Source of the DNA: Elusimicrobiota bacterium
GTDB lineage: Bacteria; Elusimicrobiota; Elusimicrobia; UBA1565
Direction: 5' to 3'
Assembly: GCA_043827405.1 (NCBI GenBank)
Contig: JBDRPD010000003.1
Span: forward strand, 93,914-157,913
DNA length: 64,000 bases
The notes under the pieces were generated by a model. The model saw only the letters and a list, made by a program, of their open reading frames with translations, ran no database searches and was not told the DNA's origin. This document shows positions 25,888-35,983 of the stretch, one piece after another. The position numbers and the translations under genes are program-made. Numbering within the stretch: the first letter of the stretch is position 1; each line of letters starts with the position of its first letter.

Positions 25888-27435
25888 ATGATGAATAATC
25901 GACTTTTTTCAATAGTTTTCCTGACGGGAATATTGGGGCTGGCGCCGGGTCTGCGGGACGCGGCGGCGCAGGCCAAGCGCCCGCATGTCGACGACTATAT
26001 CGAGGCCGCCCTGGTCAAAGACGGCGGTTTCGACGAGGCCGAACGCGGCAAGCTGATGGCGGCTCTGCGCAAGAGCTTCGCCGGCTATGCCACGCAGATC
26101 GTCAAGCCGGAGAAGCCCGACGCGGCCAAGGTCGCCCTGCGCATGATCGTCGAGGGCCATTTTGACGGGGCTTCCTATGAACGCATGGCCGATGTCGCCT
26201 TCGCCGCCTTCCAGGCCGTCAACCGCGGCGCTCCCGCCGACGTGGCCGAGGGGATCGGCCTCTACGGCTACCGCAAGAAGCTCCCGGCGGACAAGATCAG
26301 CGACTGGTGCAACGGCTACCACCATATGGTGCAGCGCGGCGTCGAGCCGGTGGTCGCCGCCGACCTGGTGCGCAATGCCATGGAGAACGACTGGGAAGCG
26401 CCGCTGTTTAACGCTTTCAAATGGGCCTTGGCCGAAAGCGCCAAGCTGAAGTTCGACGGCAAGGACTATGCCGCCTATCTGTTCGGGCATTACCTGAAAG
26501 GCGGGCGCAATCCCGGCGAACTGACGCGGGAAGCCCGCATCTACTTCGGCAAGCTCCAGAAAACCGGCGGCAAGCCGGACCTCCCGCCGTATGAGGGAAT
26601 CTTCAGCCGCAAGCCGCCGCCCTCCATCCTTTACGACGTGCTCAACAAGCGCATCAACGCCCAGGTCGACGCGCCGGAGACCGCACCGGAGCCGGCCGCG
26701 GTGGAGCCTGAGCCGGCCGCGGCCCCCGAGGCCAAAGAAGAGGTGAAGACGGAGGCCAAGACCGAGAACGAGCCCGACCCGATGGGCGAGCTCAAGAAAT
26801 GGCTGCTGGCCAAGCTCGAACGCTGGCCGGTGATTGAGGAGAAGGTTAAGCCCTATCTCGAGGAGCCGGCCAAGGAGCAGCCGGAAGAGGGAGCGGGCGC
26901 GGCCCAGGTCGCGGGAGAAGAGACCGCCGAACCGGCGGCCGAAGAGCCGGCCGCGCCGGCGGCTGAGGAGAAAAAGGCCGAACCCGCGGCCGTCGTCAAA
27001 ACATTCAAGCCCAAAACCCAGCAGCAGGCCAAGCTCGAGGATGTCGGCCTGATCATGAACATGCTGTGGCCGAACCTCGAGAAGTCGGTCAAGTCCTATC
27101 TCGGTACGCCCTATGTATGGGGCGGTACGACCCGTAAGGGCATCGACTGCTCGGCCTTGATGCAGAACAGCTATCTCGACAATCGCATCGGCATCCCGCG
27201 CGTGAGCAAGCAGCAGTGGATGGTGGGCGATCCCATCCCCAAGGCCAAGCTCCAGGAGGGGGACCTGGTTTTCTTCAATACCTTGGGCGTCGGGGTGTCG
27301 CATGTGGGCATGGTGGTCTCCGCCAAGCCGACCAAGGTCATTCACGCTTCCTCGTCGCGCGGCGTGGTGATCGATCCGCTCGATACGCGCTACTTCGCGC
27401 CCCGCTATCTGGGCGCGCGCCGGGTGATCAACTAG
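25888..27435 (+). CDS. Secreted NlpC/P60 (C40) peptidase with large N-terminal region
   Basis: YLGTPYVWGG...GIDCSAL, GDLVFF, SHVGM, IHASSSRGV; Glu/Pro/Ala-rich linker. Confidence 0.9.
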   Translation: MMNNRLFSIVFLTGILGLAPGLRDAAAQAKRPHVDDYIEAALVKDGGFDEAERGKLMAALRKSFAGYATQIVKPEKPDAAKVALRMIVEGHFDGASYERMADVAFAAFQAVNRGAPADVAEGIGLYGYRKKLPADKISDWCNGYHHMVQRGVEPVVAADLVRNAMENDWEAPLFNAFKWALAESAKLKFDGKDYAAYLFGHYLKGGRNPGELTREARIYFGKLQKTGGKPDLPPYEGIFSRKPPPSILYDVLNKRINAQVDAPETAPEPAAVEPEPAAAPEAKEEVKTEAKTENEPDPMGELKKWLLAKLERWPVIEEKVKPYLEEPAKEQPEEGAGAAQVAGEETAEPAAEEPAAPAAEEKKAEPAAVVKTFKPKTQQQAKLEDVGLIMNMLWPNLEKSVKSYLGTPYVWGGTTRKGIDCSALMQNSYLDNRIGIPRVSKQQWMVGDPIPKAKLQEGDLVFFNTLGVGVSHVGMVVSAKPTKVIHASSSRGVVIDPLDTRYFAPRYLGARRVIN

Positions 27436-27439
27436 CGCG

Positions 27440-27955
27440 ATGCCGGCGATCAAGCCGCCCGAACTGGATATCCCGGCGCACTGCGAGCCGATTGATCCGT
27501 TCGCCGGCTTTACCGCCGCCCGCAGCTTCATCTCGCGCAACGCCGACGACGACCGCCTCTCCATCCGCTACTTCCGCGATCGCCGCGACGGCGCCATGAC
27601 GTCCTGGGCCTGGTTCGGTCCCGGGGCCGAAGGCGCGCCCGGCCGCATCCACGGCGGCAGCGTGTCGGCCATCCTCGATGAGGCCCTGGGCGCCGCGGTG
27701 TGGACCGCCGGCATTCCGGTGGTGACCGTGAAGCTTACGGTCAAGTACCGCCGGCCGCTCAATGTGGGGACGCTGTGCACCATCGCGCCCGTGATCGTCC
27801 GCCAGAGCGGCAAGCGCGTGCGCGTCATCGGGACGCTTAATGAGGAAGGCAACGGCGTTATCGCCGAGGCCGAGGCGGTCTACTACCGGCTGTCGGATGC
27901 GGAAATTCCCCAGGAGGCGGTCCGGATCATGCGCGAGCGGCGGGGAGAGGCTTAG
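27440..27955 (+). CDS. PaaI-family hotdog thioesterase
   Basis: EGAPGRIHGGSVSAILDEALG, TVKLTVKYRRP. Confidence 0.88.
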   Translation: MPAIKPPELDIPAHCEPIDPFAGFTAARSFISRNADDDRLSIRYFRDRRDGAMTSWAWFGPGAEGAPGRIHGGSVSAILDEALGAAVWTAGIPVVTVKLTVKYRRPLNVGTLCTIAPVIVRQSGKRVRVIGTLNEEGNGVIAEAEAVYYRLSDAEIPQEAVRIMRERRGEA

Positions 27956-28878
27956 GCGGCGGGAAGGCCGAGCTTCTTCATTACTTCCAGGCGGAAGTCG
28001 ATGATCACGCGCACGTAGAACTCGTAGTGGTTGTAGGCCCAGATGGCTTTCCAGATGCTCGATCCCCGCGCGAAGTCGGTATCCCCGGGCCGGTAGCCGT
28101 TCCTTATCAGGTAGTTGGCGATCGAGCCCAGAACGTCGGACCATTCGTCATGGCGGCGCACCCCGTCGCCGTCGTAGTCGACGGCGTAGTGATTGAAGCT
28201 TGAGGGGATGAACTGGCCGAAGCCGAAGGCTCCCGCATAGGAACCCATGATCGACTGCGGCTCGACCTTGTCGCGCCAGCAGTACATCAGGTACTCGGCC
28301 AATTCGCGCGCCGCCCATGCCGAACGCCGCGGCACCTTATGCGCCGTCGTATAGAGGGCGTTGAAGACGGTGTATTTTCCCGTATAGCTGCCGAAGTAGG
28401 TCTCCACTCCCGGAAAGGCGACGAGCAGGAACTCATCGACGTCGTAATGCGCGGCGACGTTTTTAATAAGGTCCTTGTTTTCGCGGTAGAACTTTTCGCC
28501 TTTCTCGATGCGGTGCGGCTTGATGAAGATGCCGCGGTAGTCTTCATAGGTTCGCTCGGGCCGCGGCACTTCGGGGCGCTGCGGCGGGTCCCAGCGGCGG
28601 ACCACTTCGGGAATGATCATGACCTGCGGATCGGCGAAGGCGCCGCGGATGAAATCAATGGGGACGCCCGAGCCTTCAAGATGCTTGAGGACCGCGGTAT
28701 AGACCGGGTCGACCGAGCGGTTGTGCAGCCGCGATGTTCGCTTTATGTCGAGGAAATCGCGGCGGATTTCGCGCAGGTCGTTGTGGAAGACGGAGCTGCC
28801 GAAGGCGCCGCCGGCGCGGACGGGAGCGGCCGCCAAGGCGGCCAGCGCGATCGCGGCCGGTATTTTATTCCACCCCAT
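27952..28878 (-). CDS. Lytic murein transglycosylase, MltB-like
   Basis: GVETYFG, GSYAGAFGFGQFIPSS, YAVDYDGDG, SIANYL, YNH. Confidence 0.9.
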   Translation of the reverse strand: MGWNKIPAAIALAALAAAPVRAGGAFGSSVFHNDLREIRRDFLDIKRTSRLHNRSVDPVYTAVLKHLEGSGVPIDFIRGAFADPQVMIIPEVVRRWDPPQRPEVPRPERTYEDYRGIFIKPHRIEKGEKFYRENKDLIKNVAAHYDVDEFLLVAFPGVETYFGSYTGKYTVFNALYTTAHKVPRRSAWAARELAEYLMYCWRDKVEPQSIMGSYAGAFGFGQFIPSSFNHYAVDYDGDGVRRHDEWSDVLGSIANYLIRNGYRPGDTDFARGSSIWKAIWAYNHYEFYVRVIIDFRLEVMKKLGLPAA

Positions 28879-28991
28879 GCGCGCGTATTATATCCCGTTG
28901 TGCCCAAATGTAATATGGGCCCTTTGGGGAAGGTCCATCCCGGGTCCTCTGCCTCATAACATCCAGGGGCGATGGGCCTATAATAAATCCA

Positions 28992-31223
28992 GTGGTTAAG
29001 AGTCTCGCGGTCCTCATCGCGCTGAACCTGGCGGCCTCTCCGTCGGCGGCATCCCCGGTCTTCACTCCGCTCAATATCGAGGGCGCGGCGGTAACAGGCT
29101 GGACGCCGGCGGCTCCCGACGATGATCCCAACGAGAATGTCCCGGGAGCGCCCGAGCGGGCCGGCTTCTGGGACCGCATGCAGGACAAGGCCTTCGACCA
29201 GATCTGCAAAAACATCAAGCTCAAGCAGGGGCAGAAGCTCGACCTCCCGGGCGCCGGCGCCGCCGGCGTAAGCGTCCAGCGCTACATGCAGCGCACCGCG
29301 GCCGGGACCTTCGCCCTGGTCGACCGCGCCGAAATCTCGCTCGACGCCGGCTATGGGCAGAGCATATTCGACTCGCCCAATGGCCCGGTGTCGATCAGCG
29401 TCGGCGCTTCGATCCGCGGCGAATCGGTCGTGGTGCGGCCGCTGGGCACCAAGAAGTCCTGCGACGAGCTCGGCCGCCTGGCGAACCTCTTCGATATCAA
29501 GACCGCCGTCCCGCTCTCGCCCGAGCGCATCTCCCGGATGGAGATCGGCGAGATCTGGAAGCTGCCGCTCACTTTGCATATCGGCGCGGGGATCGGCACC
29601 GGCCTGCGCTTCGATGAGGTCCCGGTCGCGATATCGCTGGGCCGCGGCAAGTCGACGCGCGCCTCGGTCACCCTTTACCGCATGGCCGAGGATCAGCTGC
29701 GCTTCCGCCTGCGCGTCGACAAGATGGACATCCGCGATAAGGGCGGCGACATCGTCTACTCGGTCCCCGGGGCCCTGCTCGGCTTTCCCGAGACCGAGAC
29801 CGTCGTCCTTGAGCAGCTGGTGCGCCTGGTCAACCGGCAAATCGCCAAGACCATATCGCGCTACCTGACCGCCCGCGTCGGCCTGCACTTCGGCAAGCGC
29901 CAGGGGCGGCAGCTGATGATCGAGTTCGTTCTCGACCCCAATGACGCCGAGTCCATGGCGGCCCTGCGCCAGCTTATGCGCGGCGACCTCAACGCCCTGT
30001 CGGTGCTCCAGGAACTGCTGCGCCGCGCCAGCCGGGTCTTTGATAAGGACCAGGACGCCCGCCAGGAGGCGGGGGAGCTGCGCGACCGCCATGCCGGCGA
30101 GCTCGGCAAAGACGCGAGCTTCGTCGGCGCCGACGACTATACCCGCGACAGCTCGCGCTTCGGCTTCAAGATCCCGATCCTCGTCGACTACGACCGAATC
30201 AACGGGCGCGAGCGCGACCGCATCGTTATCGTCGATGAGAAAGGCGGGCAGTTCGACGTGCATAAGGCCGATAAGCGCAATGAGACGGGGCTTATCGACG
30301 TGCCGTTTTTGGGCGAGCTGCATAAGCACAACAAGCAGCGCACCGCCCAGGTCATCACCTACCGTGACGCCGCGGGCAAGGTCTCGGAGCCGGTCGCCGT
30401 CTTCGTGCGCCAGGAGGGCTTCCTGCGCTCGAACTCGACGACGGCCCGCAATATGGTGGTCGAGGCCGATGCGATCATGCGCCTGGCCGGGACGCGCGGC
30501 GAGGGGGAAAACGCGGAAACCTCGCTGCCGGTCGACGAACTGTTTCCCCAGGAAGAGCTCTACCTGCCCGAGCGCGGCGGCGGTCCGCGCAGCGGCGACC
30601 ATGGGGGCCCGCAGGCCAAGAGCTATCATCGCGGCATCAGCGCCTTTACTCTGGTTTTCAGCCAAAAGGCGATCAAGGACATCCTGGCCGCCTCGGTCGA
30701 GACGGTCTATAAATCCTTTATCCGTACTTTGCAGGATTGGGAGCGGCGGCTCATCGCCAAGGTTATGCCGGTCGCCGCGCTGCGCGCCGACGGCGCCCTC
30801 GACTATAAGACGCACGACGCCCTTAAGGCCCTCGGCCATTGGAGCTGGCATGACGAGGAAGCGCGCGACGACATGAACACTCTCTCCAGCCTCGCCCACA
30901 AGGCGGCGATGATCTGCCGCGATCTGGCGGCGGTGCGCCAGGCCAAGACCGCCGAGGAGCGGGCCGAGAAGTTTCTGGCGGTGCTGGCCGGCGACGGGAA
31001 AAGCAAGCTCGCCTACGAGGCCATCCTCAAGGTCCTCGTCCAAATGGTGGACCCCGCCGACATGGCCGGCGAGTTCTTCATCAACGTCGAGAAGAAGCGG
31101 AAGGACGAAAAAGACGTCGCGACCCGTCTGGTCCTAAACGACAAGCTCGACAACGGCGGCATCATCGCCGGCGCCAGCCGCAACCGCGCCCGCTTCGCCG
31201 AGCCCTCGGTTCTTACCGACTAA
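28992..31223 (+). CDS. Large secreted hypothetical protein
   Basis: 743-aa ORF with signal-like N-terminus and strong GC3 bias. Confidence 0.75.
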   Translation: MVKSLAVLIALNLAASPSAASPVFTPLNIEGAAVTGWTPAAPDDDPNENVPGAPERAGFWDRMQDKAFDQICKNIKLKQGQKLDLPGAGAAGVSVQRYMQRTAAGTFALVDRAEISLDAGYGQSIFDSPNGPVSISVGASIRGESVVVRPLGTKKSCDELGRLANLFDIKTAVPLSPERISRMEIGEIWKLPLTLHIGAGIGTGLRFDEVPVAISLGRGKSTRASVTLYRMAEDQLRFRLRVDKMDIRDKGGDIVYSVPGALLGFPETETVVLEQLVRLVNRQIAKTISRYLTARVGLHFGKRQGRQLMIEFVLDPNDAESMAALRQLMRGDLNALSVLQELLRRASRVFDKDQDARQEAGELRDRHAGELGKDASFVGADDYTRDSSRFGFKIPILVDYDRINGRERDRIVIVDEKGGQFDVHKADKRNETGLIDVPFLGELHKHNKQRTAQVITYRDAAGKVSEPVAVFVRQEGFLRSNSTTARNMVVEADAIMRLAGTRGEGENAETSLPVDELFPQEELYLPERGGGPRSGDHGGPQAKSYHRGISAFTLVFSQKAIKDILAASVETVYKSFIRTLQDWERRLIAKVMPVAALRADGALDYKTHDALKALGHWSWHDEEARDDMNTLSSLAHKAAMICRDLAAVRQAKTAEERAEKFLAVLAGDGKSKLAYEAILKVLVQMVDPADMAGEFFINVEKKRKDEKDVATRLVLNDKLDNGGIIAGASRNRARFAEPSVLTD

Positions 31224-31786
31224 GGCATGAGCAAAACGATGCGCAGCCGCTGCGCCTGGGCGGAAGGCGTGGGCGATTTCTACGTGCAGTATCACGACGC
31301 CGAATGGGGCGTGCCGGTGCACCGCGACCGCAAGCACTTCGAGTTCCTGATCCTGGAAGGCGCCCAGGCGGGACTGAGCTGGGCCACCATCCTCAAGCGC
31401 CGGGAAGGCTACCGCAAGGCTTTCGCGGACTTCGACCCGGTCAAGGTCGCGCGCTATACTCCCCAGAAGCTGGCCAAGCTGCTGCTGGATCCCGGCATTA
31501 TCCGCAACCGTTTGAAGGTGCATGCCGCGGTGACCAATGCCAGGGCTTTCCTCGCGGTGCAAAAGGAGTTCGGCTCTTTCAATAAGTACGTTTGGCGCTT
31601 CGTCGGCGGCGAGCCGCTCGTTAACCGCCGCCGCACCATGAAGGATATCCCCGCCGTCAGCCGCCAGTCCGACGCCCTCAGCGCGGATTTGCAGAAGCGG
31701 GGCTTCAAGTTCGTGGGCAGCACCATTATCTACGCCCATATGCAGGCGACGGGCATGGTCAACGACCACGTGATGAGCTGCTTCCG

Positions 31787-32278
<492 letters not shown>

Positions 32279-32282
32279 GGCG

Positions 32283-32933
32283 TCAGTGGACGGTCGTTTC
32301 GTCCCAGCCTTCCAGGTTTTCGGGCGGAGGGGAGGACCAGGCCAGCGCCGTGATGATCACAATAAACAGCGGCGCCGTCACCGCGGTAAACCACGGCGGG
32401 ATCAGCTCGCCGACCGCCAGCCGCGCCATGAACTCCTCCATCGACTGCGGGTCGGCGGGATGGATGAAGAGCTTGCACAGCCAGACGCCGGTGATGAAGT
32501 AGAACAGCAGCAGGTAGTCCCGGCGCAGGCGGGCGCATACCGCCGCCCGCCAGCGGAGCAGCAGCCGCGGCTTGCGCAGGTCGGCCGCCAGCTCCTCGCG
32601 CCAGCTCTGATCGTCGTGCTGCTCGACCGGGTGGAGCTGCTGGGCGAAGTAATTGGTCTCCATGAGACGCAGGCGCCAGCGGCTGTGGTGCAGGTGCCGG
32701 TAGCGCTGGGCTTCGAGCAGCAGCGAGATGGCGATTACGTTGAGGCCGAGCAGCAGGATGAAATGCGGCACGCCGGGCGCGCCGAGGCAGAAGGTCGTCA
32801 AACCCATGGTGATCAGGATGGCCCAGTTGCAGGTGATGTCGAGCCGCTGGCGCCAGACGGTCATGCGGTTCATCTCCCCGCGGTAGAGATGCGCCATCAT
32901 GGTATGGGTCGAGGGATCGTCGGATATTTTCAT
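32283..32933 (-). CDS. DUF2270-family membrane protein
   Basis: HLYRGEMNRMTVWRQRLDITCNWA, EAQRYR. Confidence 0.85.
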   Translation of the reverse strand: MKISDDPSTHTMMAHLYRGEMNRMTVWRQRLDITCNWAILITMGLTTFCLGAPGVPHFILLLGLNVIAISLLLEAQRYRHLHHSRWRLRLMETNYFAQQLHPVEQHDDQSWREELAADLRKPRLLLRWRAAVCARLRRDYLLLFYFITGVWLCKLFIHPADPQSMEEFMARLAVGELIPPWFTAVTAPLFIVIITALAWSSPPPENLEGWDETTVH

Positions 32934-32963
32934 GGCTGACTAGAGTAGCAAATGCCGGGCGGC

Positions 32964-33926
32964 TTAGTAGGTGTAGGTGCCGTTGCAGACGATGTCGTAG
33001 GAGCTGCCGACCAGCACCGCCGGAATCTTGGAAAAGCCGGTCGGGTCGCGCGGCTCGAGCCGGCCGTTGACCTTGAGGATCGAGGGGGGAAAAGAGATCT
33101 CCATCAGCTCGGTCAGCTGATGCGGCGGGAGCTTGGAGAACTCGACATTGAGCATATCGTCGGGTCCGCCGAACTTGGGGGCGAGAGCGATGGCCGCCGG
33201 CTTGCGGTCGATCTTCACCCAGGACATCACGCCCAGCACGCCGATCCACTGTTCCATGTACTTTTCCGGATCGGCCTTGAGCTCCGCGATGGTGACGTTC
33301 TCAAATACGGTGCGCTTGCCCTCGAGCTCGGCGAAACGTTCGCCGCAGCGCTCGCCGCTGGCGGTCACGGCGCGAGCCGCGAAGACGGCGAGCGCTTGGT
33401 CGGGTTTGCGCGTCACCCATTCGATGCGGTCGGCTTCGATACGATGGCGGTGAACGGAACGCCGCAGGCTCTTGTTCTCCTGAAAAGTTCCGCGGGCGAT
33501 GAAGACATGCACCTGCAGGGGGTCTTTTTTTGTCCGCTCCTCGCCGGCTGCATTGATGTCGCGTACCAGCGCCCGCTCTTCCTGCGCCGGCTGCGGCAGG
33601 CGGACTTGGACATAGGCGCCGAGGCCCCAGCCGTTGGCCAGGGCGAATGTCAGGCCGTCGGCGGAGAGGGCCTCGTTGAGGTCGCGCGCTATTCCCATGG
33701 TCGCCACGCGCATTCCCAGGTACTCGGCCGGGTCGGCATGCAGCTTTACCAGCGGGACAAAGACATATTCCTTATCCTCCTGGAGAATTTGCCGCCGGCG
33801 GTGCAGGATTTCGACGAACTCCTCCAAAGTCGGGATATGCCGGCGCAGAAACCAGAAGTCCGAACGCTCGACCGCCCGGGCGGGAGCGGGCAGCAAGCAG
33901 GCGGTGATGAGCAATAGGCGGAGCAT
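32964..33926 (-). CDS. Secreted hypothetical protein with an internal repeat (possible tandem OB folds)
   Basis: Signal peptide; LHADPAEYLGMRV and LKADPEKYMEQWI repeats. Confidence 0.65.
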   Translation of the reverse strand: MLRLLLITACLLPAPARAVERSDFWFLRRHIPTLEEFVEILHRRRQILQEDKEYVFVPLVKLHADPAEYLGMRVATMGIARDLNEALSADGLTFALANGWGLGAYVQVRLPQPAQEERALVRDINAAGEERTKKDPLQVHVFIARGTFQENKSLRRSVHRHRIEADRIEWVTRKPDQALAVFAARAVTASGERCGERFAELEGKRTVFENVTIAELKADPEKYMEQWIGVLGVMSWVKIDRKPAAIALAPKFGGPDDMLNVEFSKLPPHQLTELMEISFPPSILKVNGRLEPRDPTGFSKIPAVLVGSSYDIVCNGTYTY

Positions 33927-33964
33927 GCTGGTAAAAACCGTTGAGAGAGGATAACATAGAGGGG

Positions 33965-34549
33965 ATGAGATCAGCCCTGCTTCTGGCCGGCCTGTTGGCA
34001 GCCTCCCCGGCGGCGGCCGAAAAGCCCGAATGCGTGCGCAATATCGAATGGGCGCTCAGCCAATTGCGCGCCGGCAAAGAGGTGCGGCGCGACTGGACGT
34101 TCAGCGAACGGGAAGCCAACGAGGCCCTGACCTATCTCATCCGCCGGCAGTCCAAGTTCAAGGTGAGTTCGGCGCGATTGCGCTTGACCGGCCCGCGCGA
34201 GTTCGCGGTATCCGCTAATGCCGAGGTCGGAGACTATCTATTGGGCAAGCTGGATGCCGATGCCGAGGGCCTTTTCGGCGCCGCTCTGCGCCGCCTGCTC
34301 AGGGATCAGAACAGCATCGAGGTGAAAGGCTACTTCTTCGGCGTTAAAGGCATGGGCTACTACAAGACGCGCCATGCGGCCATCAACGGCCATGGCGTTC
34401 CCGATAGCTGGATCCGCAAGCTCACCCGGCTGGTGGGCCGGCATCAGCGGCCGCCGGTGGACTTCAATCAGCTCTTCCTTCTGCCTCCGGGCATCGAAAA
34501 GATCCAAATTGCTCAGGGGACGGTCAAAGTCCGCCTGCGCAAGCCGTAA
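33965..34549 (+). CDS. Secreted hypothetical protein
   Basis: Signal peptide MRSALLLAGLLAASPAAA. Confidence 0.65.
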   Translation: MRSALLLAGLLAASPAAAEKPECVRNIEWALSQLRAGKEVRRDWTFSEREANEALTYLIRRQSKFKVSSARLRLTGPREFAVSANAEVGDYLLGKLDADAEGLFGAALRRLLRDQNSIEVKGYFFGVKGMGYYKTRHAAINGHGVPDSWIRKLTRLVGRHQRPPVDFNQLFLLPPGIEKIQIAQGTVKVRLRKP

Positions 34550-34662
34550 TTCCATTTCACATCGGCAGGAAATTCTGCAGGGTCTCTTCTGGAGCCAAAG
34601 GATGCTCCGCAGGTAACCCGAGGTCTCATGCGGCGATATCGCTCCTGTGATATTCTCTGGTT

Positions 34663-35943
34663 ATGAATACCAAAGCGATTCTAACGGCCTTGCTCCTCCT
34701 GGCCTCGACGGGCGCACAGACCGCGGGGGCCAGAGTCATTACCGGCGCCGTAAAGGGGAACGTCAATGCGGTCCCGGCCGCGGCCGGCGGCTCCGCCTTA
34801 AGCGGCTTTCATTCCGGCCTCAATTCCCCGGTCCTGGGCGCGGAGATCAGTCTTTTGCCGGCTTTGCCCTCACTGACCGTTCCGCAAGCGAAAACCGGCG
34901 CGCAATTCACCGGCCGGATCCTGCGGGCCGCCCCGGTCCTTACGCTCAAGGCCTCGCATCTTCCCGCGGCGGTGCGGACGCCGGCCATTAAGTCCGGGAC
35001 CTTGCTGCGGAAATTCGGCGAGGTCCAGGGCCGCATGGCCAAGAAGCTGCCCAAGGCCGTCTCCCGGGGCGGGATGGAGAGCATCGCGGCGACCGGCGCC
35101 AAGCTGTTTGACGGCGCTCTGGTCAGGAAAGGGGAGGCCGTCGCTGTCGCCGCTCATACCGGCGAGATTGCCGAAAGCGGACTCGACCCCGCATACGAGC
35201 GCCACGAACGGGTTCTAAAGCAGCTCTCCAGGCATCGCTGGGGCGTCTTCGGCCGCCGCGCCGAGAAGAAAACGGCCTTCTTCTCTTTAATGGGCGCCGC
35301 CGCCGCGGCTTATACCTTGGCCTGGCGCTATCTTCATGAGGGCGTCGCCGGCGGCCTGGTCGAGCAGGCCATGGGCATGTTCGGCCGCTACTTCGTCAAC
35401 GACTTTCTGACCCCGATCGGCGTTACGGCTATCGGCTATCTCATCGCCGTGGGCTGGGCCTTCGCGCGCTACCGCAGGATGCACCCGGACGAGCGCTCCG
35501 GCCGCCTGGTGCGCACCGCCATGCTCGAGCTGCCGGTTATCGCCGCCGGCCTGGGAATGCTGCATGAGATTATGCAGTCGCCGCTCTTCCAGTCCGTATT
35601 CGGCTTCGCGATGCCCGGCTCCTTCCATCCCGGCGATATCATCGCCTACTTCCTGGGCGGCATCGCGGCGATGTTTATGGGGCGGCTTTTGTGGAAGCCC
35701 TTCGGGAGCCGGGCCAGCAAACGCCGCAATGCGGTCAAGCCCTTCGTCACCGGCCTCAAGCTCCTTGTCCCGTCGGTGCTGATGCTGTGGGGATTTCGCC
35801 TGTTCTACCTTTCGGACCCGGTCTATGCCCTGGCTTTCCTCACCGCGGCGGCGGTATCGGCGCCGCTCCTGCTCTGGGATATCGTCCAAACCATGCACCA
35901 GGCGACGAAAAAAATCAAGGAGCGCTGGCTGATAGGCTACTAA
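34663..35943 (+). CDS. Hypothetical protein: signal peptide, Ala/Pro-rich leader, multi-TM C-terminal domain
   Basis: 426-aa ORF; HEIMQ...GSFHPGDIIAY resembles VanZ-like membrane domains. Confidence 0.65.
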   Translation: MNTKAILTALLLLASTGAQTAGARVITGAVKGNVNAVPAAAGGSALSGFHSGLNSPVLGAEISLLPALPSLTVPQAKTGAQFTGRILRAAPVLTLKASHLPAAVRTPAIKSGTLLRKFGEVQGRMAKKLPKAVSRGGMESIAATGAKLFDGALVRKGEAVAVAAHTGEIAESGLDPAYERHERVLKQLSRHRWGVFGRRAEKKTAFFSLMGAAAAAYTLAWRYLHEGVAGGLVEQAMGMFGRYFVNDFLTPIGVTAIGYLIAVGWAFARYRRMHPDERSGRLVRTAMLELPVIAAGLGMLHEIMQSPLFQSVFGFAMPGSFHPGDIIAYFLGGIAAMFMGRLLWKPFGSRASKRRNAVKPFVTGLKLLVPSVLMLWGFRLFYLSDPVYALAFLTAAAVSAPLLLWDIVQTMHQATKKIKERWLIGY

Positions 35944-35983
35944 GGGCGCTCGTACTTTCATAAACTACGACGAGGCGGCAGCC

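Noticed and set aside
28743..31043. 766-aa minus-strand ORF
   Set aside because: Antisense shadow of the 28992-31223 gene
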